Assembly: GCA_964016885.1 (NCBI GenBank)
Contig: OZ024742.1
Location: 349,060,001-349,124,000, forward strand
Length of the DNA stretch: 64,000 nt
Direction of reading: 5' to 3'
Source of the DNA: Eledone cirrhosa
Lineage: Eukaryota
This document shows positions 13,522 through 25,200 of the stretch, one piece after another; position 1 is the first letter of the stretch; the number at the start of each line of letters is the position of its first letter. A model generated the notes under the pieces. The model had not been told where the DNA came from, did no database searches, and saw only the letters and a list, made by a program, of their open reading frames with translations. Made by a program: the position numbers and the translations under genes.

Positions 13522-16500
13522 ATGGCCAATATAAGAGTTGGATGTGTGAACGTACGCGGCCTGGGGATACCCTGGAAACAGGGCAAACTCTTAAACGACC
13601 CCAGATCGCACAGTATGGATGTGGTAGCCATTTGCGAGTCCAGGATCCACAGCGAGCGACAGCTGGCCCCCATCTTCGATGACTTTGAGATCTACGCTCT
13701 CTCTCTGTCAACCGGGGGGGGTGGGGGCGGAGTTGCCGTTTTGCTGCGGAAACACCTGGGCCTCGTAACACAGACGGTACATCTGGACCCGGAGGGTCGA
13801 CTGGTGGTCCTAGACGTTGACGGTAGTGAAGGTGGAGCCTTCAGGCTGGTGGCCGCATATGCCCCATCCGGGACACCGCGACCAGACTTCTTCAAACGTC
13901 TAGAGACTTTTCTGGGAACGTCCCGCTCCTTGCTTTTAGTGGGGGACTGGAATGGAATCCTAGATGCACGTGTGGACTATGTGGGAGCATGTCCCGATAA
14001 AGAGGGGTGTAACAGCCTCAAACAGTTAATCGACCGATTTGACCTGGCCGATAGATATCGACTAGATTTTCCGACTGCGCCACTGTGGACGTGGAGTAAT
14101 CGTAGCGGAACATCTAGATCGTACCTAGATAGAGTTCTAGTTAGAAATAAGGATAGGGACATGTTAAGCTGTCCACAAATGTTCATGGTTGCCTATTCTG
14201 ATCACAAACTAGTGACCTGCATGGCCAACCTTGATAGAACCCATAGACAAGGATCCGGCTACTGGAAGCTGAACTTGTCGTTACCGACAAGCAAAGCCTA
14301 CAGTAGACGGATTAGCACTTTAGTTAAACAGCACTTGACAGGGGCCATTGTCAACAACAGATGGTGGTACTCTCTCAAGTGGGCAGTTAGATTAGACTCG
14401 TTAGTTTTTAGTAAAGAATTAGCGTTAGATAGAAATAGAACCGAGAAGGAACTGGTAGATAAAGTTGAAGAGGCAATTAGAAGTGGCAACGTAGCCAGTG
14501 TGCTAGCAACGAGAACGGCCTTGGACCAGTTTTTCGACGCAAAGCACGAGGGCAGCGTTGTCAGAAGCAAAATACGTGCTCTGGGAAACGAGGGAGCCAA
14601 AGCTGTTAGCTGGGCCCGAGTGACGGAGGCAAAAAGTGGCAGCAAGTCCACGATTCGGTCTTTGAAGGACCAAAACGGACGCGTTATACGTGAGCCGAAG
14701 CAGATGTGTGCGGCCTTTCAGCAGCACTTTGCTCAACTGTTCGGGCGGGGCGGCGCGCCGGGAGGGGCTATGGATTTCGGTCCATACCTCGACGGCCTAC
14801 CGCGACTCTCGGACAGCGAGGCAAAGTTCTGCGAAAAGACGATTTCAGCCGCTGAGATAGGGGACGCGTTGAGCTAATGCGGCAAACACAAATCTCCAGG
14901 TCTCGACGGTCTACCCTACGAATTTTACGTAGCAATGCCGGACTTATTCTCCGGTCTCCTGCAAGCGGTCTACTGCAACTGGCAACAGAACGGGAGAATT
15001 CCCAGTTCTGTAACCGGGGGCGTAGTCACACTAATCAGGAAGGACGAGAATAAGGGGGATGACATAGGCAACTTCCGGCCCATAACTCTGCTAAACACAG
15101 AGTTACAGATTTTGGCCAAGGTGTTGGCAAAGAGGCTGGCGCTTGTCGTCGAGAACCTGGTGGGAGAAGCGCAGACATGCGCAATCCCGACCAGGTCCAT
15201 ACACGACAACCTCCACCCCATGCGATACATCATAGAGAGGGTAGGATGTAAACCCAGCTTCGGTGGGGCCCTGATCAACTTGGATCAGTCTAAGGCTTTC
15301 GATAGGGTTGACCATCGTTACCTGGATGCGGTGCTCGAGGCGGCAGGCTCCGGACCCGTGTTCAGGGGCTGGAATGCTGCAATGCACAACAGCAACATCT
15401 GCTCAAGGGTCAAGGTGAACGGCTACCTCTCGGAGCCATTCCATATTACGCGATCCATTCGACAGGGATGCCCTCTCTCCTCCCTTCTGTACGTACTGAC
15501 TCTCGAGCCACTACTGCGGAAGTTGGAGCTATTGCAGGGCATCCCTCTGGAACCGGGACTGCGGAAAGCGGCGTCGGCCTACGCCGACGACGTGACAGTA
15601 ATGGTGTCGAGCGCCTCGCAAATCGAGGAAGTCGGCACCTTACTGAAGGAATACGAAAGTTTCACAGGAGCGAAGCTGAACCGGGACAAGTCCATCGGTT
15701 TGCAACTCGGATCGTGGAGAGGCAAACCGATGCCTTCCGATGGCGTCGTCGGACGCTGGACGGAAGGACCGGTAAAGCTGCTTGGGGTCTGGTTTGGTCC
15801 GGACCTCCAGGTGGAGAAGAACTGGAACGAAGTGACAGCCAAGGTGTTTGCACTCACCCAGAAGTGGGCCGAGTGCAAACTATCCTTGAAAGGTCGAGCG
15901 GAGGTGGCGAACACTTTTATAGCGTCCGCCATCTACTACCGCTTGACCGTCGTGCCTTGTCCAGCCAAAACGCTCGCCAAAATGGAACGCACGCTCTTCC
16001 AATTCCTTTGGAAGAGGCGGGCTCCTTTGGTGAGAAGATCAATCTGCTGCCAACACCCTTCTAACGGAGGGCTGGGGATGCCGTGGTTGACGATGCGCAA
16101 ACACGCGCTCAGGCTGCGGCATCTCTACGTATTCTCACCGGACAACCGGTGTGGGCCCCGTTCGTGAGGCGAGCCTTCCCACGACTCGTCTCGCTGACCG
16201 AGCTGCAGTCCTGGGTCAAGCAAAGACCGAGGAAAATGGGCGACTGGCACATCGAATGTGCTCAGGCGCTCACAGCCCTCTGGCAGGCGGACCCGGCGAT
16301 CAGTGGAGACTCCACTTCGTCATTCTATAGAGGGTTGATCCGCAGCAAATGCGACGACGCGCTCGGTGAAACTCTAGGCGTAGAGGAAGATGAACTGGCC
16401 AGTCTGTTCGGTAGGACCTTCCACCCGGGACCGATGGACAACTTCCAAAAGTCCCTGGCCTGGCAGTGCTACCGAGGAGCTCTACCAGTTCGAGACAAGC

Positions 16501-16914
16501 TCTACAGACATGGGCGCCCGGGCAGGGACCCTGCACGCATTCATACACTGCCCGGGCGTCACTGACCTGTGGGGCTATGTAGAACGACTATTGTCGCGGG
16601 TGGGACCAATCCGGTTGACCACCGAGTCCATTGTCATGATCAAATCGCCACCCTCCTTCAAAAACGAAGGAGAGGCGGTTTTCCTTTGTGTGATAGCTAT
16701 GGCGAAAGAGGTTGTATGGTGGACAAGGTTGAAAGGGCTGAGGTCAGACACCTTTCTCTCCGGCCAACAACTGATTCTTTTTTTCAAATACCACTTTGGA
16801 AGAAGAATCAGGATGGAGAGAGAGGTGCTCTACTCCAGCAAGTTTTATGAAACGTGGGTGAAAGTGGCGAGAATGACCCGAGTGAATGGGCCTTCTCTCT
16901 ATATCAGCCTGTAG
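13522..16914 (+). pseudogene. Unit D ORF2: APE endonuclease and reverse transcriptase; inactivated
   Basis: CVNVRGL, ICESRI, VGDWNG, SYLDRVLV, SDHKLV, FRPITLLN, LDQSKAFDRVDH, RQGCPLS, AYADD. TAA at 14875-14877 (CAA in unit B), 1-nt deletion at ~16133, and a ~40-nt deletion at ~16532 removing the CxxC of the zinc finger. Stop at 16912-16914. Confidence 0.93.
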
Positions 16915-17253
16915 GTTGAGGAAAAGGAGGAGGAGAGGAAAGGAGTACAAACTCTTCGTACTCCTGGAGATGAGGGTTGCACATTTTTTTCGGGGGTATG
17001 TGTTACTCATATAAACTGTCTCCCCCTATTGGGGAAAATCGACTAACTTTTTAAATTGCATTTGTGATAACATTTTACACGTTTTTATTGTATGTAAACT
17101 CCCCCTTTGTATTTGTCCCCTTCTTTTGTGCCCCTGTGGCTAATAAAGAAATATATCTATAAATATCTATAAATATATATAAATATATACACATACACAT
17201 AATTTAATTTAGTATTTATATATAACTGTGCGTTCGTCTGTGTGTACTATAAA

Positions 17254-17393
17254 TGTGTGTATGTGTATGTGTGTGTGTGTATGTGTAGGTGTGTATGTGT
17301 ATGTGTATGTGTGTGTGTATGTGTGTATGTGTATGTGTATATGTATATATATGTGTGTGTATGTGTGTATGTATATGTGTGTGTGTATGTGTA

Positions 17394-17426
<33 letters not shown>
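17254..17426. repeat. (TG)n/(TATGTG)n/(TA)n microsatellite
   Basis: Seen directly. Confidence 0.9.
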
Positions 17427-17428
<2 letters not shown>

Positions 17429-17576
17429 TTTTGTGGAGAAAAGAAAGATATGAAACTAATTAAATCCGAGGTCAGTAAATTAAAAGAAGGAAGAATTTAT
17501 GAAAGAGAAATAAATAAAATAACAAATAAACAAATATATTTATGAATGAACGAATGTTATTACATGAAATATTACA

Positions 17577-17577
17577 T

Positions 17578-17608
<31 letters not shown>

Positions 17609-17622
17609 GCTGCTGCTGCTGA

Positions 17623-17704
<82 letters not shown>

Positions 17705-17807
17705 GCCACCACCGCCACCACCACCACCACCACCACCACCACCACCACCACCACCACTACTACTACTACTAGTACTACTACTACTACTACTGCTGCTGCT
17801 TCTCCTG

Positions 17808-17859
<52 letters not shown>

Positions 17860-17908
17860 CACCACCACCACCACCACCACCACCAGCAGCAGAAACAGCA
17901 GCAGCAGC

Positions 17909-17949
<41 letters not shown>

Positions 17950-18003
17950 CAGTAGCAGCAGTAGCAGTAGTAGTAACAGCAATAATAATAATAATGGCAA
18001 CAA
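17577..18003. repeat. Compound trinucleotide microsatellite (TAC)(TGC)(CAC)...(CAG)(TAG)(AAT)
   Basis: Seen directly; it produces the poly-T/S/L/V pseudo-ORFs. Confidence 0.95.
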
Positions 18004-18124
18004 TGGAATATTTTTCACTTAATGCCAAAAATAATAATAGTGTTAACAATTTTAGCTGGGACCCAGACTTGTATTGTATGAATAGTGTCTGGATATATCA
18101 TGCACGGATATTAATTTTAGACGA

Positions 18125-18127
<3 letters not shown>

Positions 18128-18196
<69 letters not shown>

Positions 18197-18268
18197 CGGG
18201 TGTTTGTGTGTGAGTGTGGGTGATATACATATATATATATAACTCAGTTTCTATTTATTTAATATCAT

Positions 18269-18336
<68 letters not shown>

Positions 18337-18350
18337 GCGAGAGAGAGAGA
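18128..18350. repeat. (TA)n(GA)n and (TC)n(TA)n microsatellites
   Basis: Seen directly. Confidence 0.9.
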
Positions 18351-18374
18351 TGGTAATGGCCAAGCATGAATGTG

Positions 18375-19370
18375 TAGCTGTGTCTGATAGTGGTAACCGT
18401 AGAATAATGAAGGAATTACAGTATTTAGTTTAATCCGTTGTTGATCCGCATGTCCTGAGTTCAAACACTGGTGGTATCAACTTGATCTTCCATCACACCA
18501 CCACAAGTTCCGAATTTAAACACTGCTGGTATCAACTTGATCTTCCATCACACCACCACAAGTTCCGACTTTAAACACTGCTGGTATCAACTTGATCTTC
18601 CATCACACCATCACAAGTCCCGACTTTAAACACTGCTGGTATCAACTTGATCTTCCATCACACAACCACAAGTTCCGACTTTAAACACTGCTGGTATCAA
18701 CTTGATCTTCCATCACACCACCACAAGTCCCGAGTTGAAACACTGCTGGTATCAACTTGATCTTTCATCACACCACCACAAGTCCCGACTTTAAACACTG
18801 CTGGTATCAACTTGATCTTCCATCACACCACCACAAGTTCCGACTTTAAACACTGCTGGTATCAACTTGATCTTTCATCACACCACCACAAGTCCCGAGT
18901 TGAAACACTGCTGGTATCAACTTGATCTTCCATCACACAACCACAAGTTCCGACTTTAAACACTGCTGGTATCAACTTGATCTTCCATCACACCACCACA
19001 AGTCCCGAGTTGAAACACTGCTGGTATCAACTTCATCTTTCATCACACCACCACAAGTCCCGAGTTGAAACACTGCTGGTATCAACTTGATCTTTCATCA
19101 CAGCACCACAAGTCCCGAGTTGAAACACTGCTGGTATCAACTTGATCTTCCATCACACCACCACAAGTCCCGACTTTAAACACTGCTGGTATCAACTTGA
19201 TCTTCCATCACACCACCACAAGTCCCGAGTTGAAACACTGCTGGTATCAACTTGATCTTTCATCACAGCACTACAAGTTTTGAGTTCCAACACTGCTGGT
19301 ATCAACTTGATCTTCCATCACACCAAAATTGATGAAAGGAGTGCCAATAATATACTACAGAAAAATTCAA
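18375..19370 (+). mobile_element. Old, diverged SINE of the 2736-2922 type hosting the 55-bp array
   Basis: The entry tcctgagttcaaacactggtggtatcaacttgatcttccatc resembles tctgagttcaaatcccgccgaggtttactttgcctttcatc. The exit attgatgaaaggagtgccaataatatact resembles gtcgataaaataaagtaccagtaatgcact. Confidence 0.55.
18456..19325 (+). repeat. 55-bp minisatellite, ~16 copies, embedded in a diverged SINE
   Basis: Unit cga(c/g)tt(t/g)aaacactgctggtatcaacttgatcttccatcacaccaccacaagt(c/t)c; period 55 (18511 to 18566). Confidence 0.95.
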
Positions 19371-19571
19371 TCAGTCACCGCAGATTTGGGGCCGAAAACA
19401 ACGTGGTTATGAATTGAACTCCTTAAATACAGAGTCAAACCTGCACCTATCTGTTTATATGCAGGGACCCGTAACTCCTGATGGTGGCATTGGGGTGTGG
19501 TAGTCAAATATGACATGTCATGGGCGTTTTGAACTTGGCGAAAGCCATCCCCTCTCAGCCGATTTCTTACA

Positions 19572-19682
19572 GTGAGAGAGGAAGAGGAAGAGAGACAGTG
19601 AGTGAGAGATAGATAGATAGATAGCAAGAGAGAGTAAGAGAGAGTGAGTGAGAGAGAGTGAGTCAGAGATAGATAGATAGAG

Positions 19683-19746
<64 letters not shown>
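19572..19746. repeat. (GA)n/(GATA)n/(GTGA)n purine-rich microsatellite
   Basis: Seen directly. Confidence 0.9.
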
Positions 19747-19790
19747 ATTGATTTCAGTACAGGATTGGTACATGTATTAAAGATAACATC

Positions 19791-19965
19791 CCACAGGATG
19801 CTAGTCCCTCACAGGGTTAACTCCCAGCATCCGCCGGTACTCATTTTCAGCTGAATTAACAGGAGCAACATTAACAGGAGCAACATTAACAGGAGTATTT
19901 TGCTCAAGGTCATAACGCTTCACCCGGCCTAGGAATCGAACTCACAACGTGATAATGATGAACCC
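19791..19965 (-). mobile_element. Second SINE family fragment (tRNA head plus Nin/Deu-like central domain), with an internal 15-bp triplication
   Basis: The minus strand reads gtgagttcgattcctagg (B box) ... ccttgagcaaaatact ... cagctgaaaatgagtacc ... ttaaccctgtgagggactagcatcc. On +, ttaacaggagcaaca is repeated at 19856-19895. Confidence 0.65.
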
Positions 19966-20117
19966 CAAAACACGATTAATATATATGGGAATACAAAATT
20001 CTGCTTACATACACATAAACAAACAAAAATACACATTTACATATATTTGCATATATATTTGTACACTGTTCGTTGAAACGTAATAGTATTAATAAGTAGA
20101 CGTGCGAATCCCCCTTC

Positions 20118-20592
20118 ACAGAAACACACATATATACATACAAACATACATACTAGCATGCACACACAAACACATACACACAAAAGCACATAAGTACACA
20201 CATACACACACAAATACACACACGCAAACACACAAACACACGCAATCACATATTCACACACACACAAAAGCACGTATACACACAGAAACATACACACACA
20301 CAAACACACAAAAGCACACACACAAGTACGTATACACACAGAAACACACACACACAAACACACAAAAGCACACACACACAAGTACGTATACACACAGAAA
20401 CACAGAAACACTCACAAACACACAAAAGCACACACACACATGTACGTATACACACAGAAACACATACACACTCACAAACACACAAAAGCACACACACACA
20501 CAAACGCACACAAATGCATATACGCAAGCACATATACAATACACACAGGAACACACACACGTACACACACGTATACACACACATATATATAT
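20118..20592. repeat. (CA)n-derived ~58-60-bp minisatellite
   Basis: gtatacacacagaaaca...caaacacacaaaagcacacaca recurs about four times at 20270-20500. Confidence 0.85.
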
Positions 20593-20949
20593 AGACATGA
20601 TCACATGGTTCCATATATATGATGGCCGACACATATTTGAGCGTAGCTTGTAGAATATTTGGTAGATCCGCAGCTAGAACTGTCTGGGATGAATTGGTAA
20701 CAACATTAGAAATTTGTTGCTTTATTAACCCCAGCTTTGGAAATGAACATTTTATTTTAATAATATTTGGAAACTACATAATATTTTAATATTGCATACT
20801 ATTTTAATATTCAATATTTAAATATATACAAATATGTAAATGTACTACATATTAAAACCAATTTTTATCTCCGAATATGACGTTAATGGGTTGAAATATT
20901 TGAATCTTAATAACAAAATAATACAAAACACAACTAAAAGATATAAATA

Positions 20950-21562
<613 letters not shown>

Positions 21563-21572
21563 CGATAATAAT

Positions 21573-21722
21573 TGTTTCTACTTTAGGCACAAGGCCAGCA
21601 ATTACCCAGTACATTACTGGTACTTTATTTTATCGACCCCGTAAGGATGAAAGGCAAAGTTAACCTCGGCGGGATTTTAACTCAGACTGCCAAGGGCCGT
21701 AACTCTATGCGTCAAAGCATGG
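21573..21722 (-). mobile_element. SINE of the same family as 2736-2922, 5'-truncated, 10-bp TSD
   Basis: The reverse complement aligns with ~2775-2925. cgataataat flanks it at 21563-21572 and 21723-21732. Confidence 0.85.
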
Positions 21723-22057
21723 CGATAATAATATACGTCAGACAGGTATGTTATAACAGAAACCTTTGGTAATGGAGTAGTTATATTTTGTTTTGTTCGC
21801 TTTCTAATTAAATATATATATATATATACACATACAGAATAGGAAAGCACGCGTAGGTTTACTCAGCCATTCTGGATGTATTTGTGTTTTGCAATGGTAT
21901 TACTAGCAAGTTTTCAAAGTACTGCTAGTTTCATAGGCATTCTTGGTATACGTTTCATTAAGGCTAAATAGTGAGTCATATTATTCATATTATTATTGAT
22001 GACAGGGTGATCAGACGAGAACTAACGTTTCGAAGTAGATACAGTATAAAGGAAGAC

Positions 22058-22255
22058 TGGAGGTGGGGGAGGGGGAGTTAATTGAGAAGGGGTAACTAAG
22101 ATAGGGTGGGAAGGGTGGTGGTGGCAGTGGGGAGGAAATAGGGTGGGCAGGGTGGAGGTACAGGTGGGGAAGATAGGGTGGCAGTGGGGGAGATAGGGTG
22201 GTGCTGGGGGAGATAGGGCTGTGTGAAAGAAGGTGATAAAGGATGGAAGTGGACA
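22058..22255 (+). repeat. G-rich degenerate ~20-bp repeat (agatagggtgg...ggggg) at the satellite boundary
   Basis: More than a dozen GGG runs; agatagggtgg-like units at ~22099, 22171, 22191 and 22211. Confidence 0.7.
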
Positions 22256-25200
22256 TAGTTATAGAATTGTAAGGGGTCAGTGGCTATAGCTATAGAATTG
22301 TAAGTGGTCAGTGGGTATAGTTATAGAATTGTAAGGGGTCAGTGGGTATAGTTATAGAATTGTAAGGGGTCAGTGGGTATAGTTATAGAATTGTAAGGGG
22401 TCAGTGGGTATAGCTATAGAATTGTAAGGAGTCAATGGGTATAGTTATAGAATTGTAAGGGGTCAGTGGGTATAGTTATAGAATTGTAAGGGGTCAGTGG
22501 ATATAGCTATAGAATTGAAAGGGGTCAGTGGGTATAGCTATAGAATTGTAAGGGGTCAGTGGGTATAGTTATAGAATTGTAAGGGGTCAGTGGGTATAGC
22601 TATGGAATTGTAAGGGGTCAGTGGGCATAGTTATAGAATTGTAAGGGTTCAGTGGGTATAGTTATAAAATTGTAAGGGGTCGGTGATTATAGTTATAGAA
22701 TTGTAAGGGGTCAGAGGGTATAGTTATAGAATTGTAAGGAGTCAGTGGGTATAGCTATAGAATTGTAAAGGGTCAGTGGGTATAGTTATAGAATTTTAAG
22801 GGGTCAGTGGGTATAGTTATAGAATTGTAAGGAGTCAGTGGGTATAGTTATAGAATTGTAAGTGGTCAGTGGGTATAGTTATATAATTTTAAGGGGTCAG
22901 TGGGTATAGCTATAGAATTGTAAGGGGTCAGTGTGTATAGTTATAGAATTGTAAAGGGTCAGTGTGTATAGCTATAGACTTGTAAGGGGTCAGTGGGTAT
23001 AGTTATAGAATTGTCAGGGGTCAGTGGGTATAGTTATAGAATTGTAAGGGGTCAGTGGGTATAGCTATAGAATTGTAAGGGGTCATGGGTATAGCTATAG
23101 AATTGTAAGGGGTCAGTGGGTATAGATATAGAATTGTAAGGGGTCAGTGGGTATAGTTATAGAATTGTAAGGGGTCAGTGGGTATAGTTATAGAATTGTA
23201 AGGAGTCAGTGGGTATAGTTATAGAATTGTAAGGGATCAGTGGGTAATAGCTATAGAATTGTAAGTGGTCAGTGGGTATAATTATAGAATTGTAAGGGGT
23301 CAGTGGGTATAGTTATAGAATTGTAAGGGGTCAGTGGGTATAGTTATATAATTGTAAGGGGTCAGTGGGTATAGCTATAAAATTGTAAGGGGTCTGTGTG
23401 TATAGTTATAGAATTTGAAGGGGTCAGTGGGTATACCTATAGAATTGTAAGTGGTCAGTGGGTATAGTTATAGAATTGTCAGGGGTCAGTGGGTATAGTT
23501 ATAGAATTGTAAGGGGTCAGTGTGTATAGCTATAGAATTGTAAGGGGACAGTGGGTATAGTTATAGAATTGTAAGGAGTCAGTGGGTATAGCTATAGAAT
23601 TATAAGGGGACAGTGGGTATAGCTATAGAATTGTAAGGGGTCAATGTGTATAGCTATAAAATTGTAAGGGGTCAGTGGGTATAGCTATAGAATTGTAAGG
23701 GATAAGTGGGTATAGTTATAGAATTGTAAGGGGTCAGTGGGTGTAGTTATAGAATTGTAACGAGTCAGTGGGTATAGCTATAAAATTGTAAGGGGACAGT
23801 GGGTATAGTTATAGAATTGTAAGTGGTCAATGTGTATAGCTATAAAATTGTAAGGGGTCAGTGGGTATAGCTATAGAATTGTAAGGGATAAGTGGGTATA
23901 GTTATAGAATTGTAAGGGGTCAGTGGGTGTAGTTATAGAATTGTAAGGGGTCAGTGGGTATAGCTATAGAATTGTATGGGGTCAGTGGTTATAGCTATAG
24001 AATTGTAAGGAGTTAGTGGGTATAGCTATAGAATTGTAAGGGATCAGTGGGTATAGCTATAGAATTGTAAGTAGTCAGTGGGTATAGTTATAGAATTGTA
24101 AGGGGTCAGTGGGTATAGCTATAGAATTGTAAGGGGTCAGTGGGTATAGTTATAGAATTGAAAGGGTTCAGTGGGTCTAGTTATAGAATTGTAAGAGGTC
24201 AGTGACTATAGCAATAGAATTGTAAGGGGTCAGTGGGTATAGTTATAGAATTGTAAGGGGTCAGCGGGTATAGCTATAGAATTGTAAGTGGTCAGTGGGT
24301 ATAGTTATAGAATTGTCAGGGGTCAGTGGGTATAGTTATAGAATTGTAAGGGGTCAGTGGGTATAGTTATAGAATTGTAAGGGGTCAGTGTGTATAGTTA
24401 TAGAATTGTAAGGGGTCAGTGGGTATAGCTATAGAATTGTAAGTGGTCAGTGGGTATAGTTATAGAATTTCAAGTGGTCAGTGGGTATAGCTATAGAATT
24501 GTAAGGAGTCAATGGGTATAGTTATAGAATTGTAAGGGGTCAGTGAGTATAGCTATAGAATTGTAAGGGGTCAGTGGGTATAGTTACAGAATTGTAAGGG
24601 GTCAGTGGGTATAGTTATAGAATTGTCAGTCGTCAGTGGGTATAGTTATAGAATTGTAAGTGGTCAGTGAGTATAGGTATAGAATTGTAAGGAGTCAGTG
24701 GGTATAGCTATAGAATTGTAAGGGGTCAGTGGGCATAGTTATAGAATTGTAAGTGGTCAATGGGTATAGCTATAAAATTGTAAGGGGTCAGTGGGTATAG
24801 CTATAGAATTGTAAGGGATCAGTGGGTATAGTTATAGAATTGTAAGAGGTCAGTGAGTATAGCTATAGAATTGTAAGGGATCAGTGAGTATAGCTATAGA
24901 ATTGTAAGGGATCAGTGAGTATAGTTATAGAATTGTAAGGGGTCAGTGGGTAGAGTTATAGAATTGTAAGGGTTCAGTGGGTATAGCTATAGAATTGTAT
25001 GGGGTCAGTGGTTATAGCTATAGAATTGTAAGGAGTTAGTGGGTATAGCTATAGAATTGTAAGGGGTCAGTGGTTATAGCTATAGAATTGTAAGGGGTCA
25101 GTGGGTATAGCAATAGATTTGTAAGGAGTCAGTGGGTATAGCTATTGAATTGTAAGGGGTCAGTGGGTATAGCTATAGAATTGTAAGGGATCTGTGGGTA

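Larger units (their letters stand above)
11351..17180 (+). mobile_element. Tx1/L1-clade unit D, full length (~5.8 kb)
   Basis: 5' end cagacgtgtgtaacttcg, 5' UTR hairpins, ORF1, ORF2, 3' UTR ending gcccctgtggctaataaagaaa, then a degenerate tail atatctataaatatctat. Confidence 0.93.

Noticed and set aside
18456-19325. CRISPR-like regular array
   Set aside because: Whole 55-bp units repeat with no unique spacers, there are no cas genes, and the context is eukaryotic.
21995-22050. Possible hammerhead ribozyme (cgaaacg on the minus strand)
   Set aside because: No correctly placed CTGANGA core or supporting stems.
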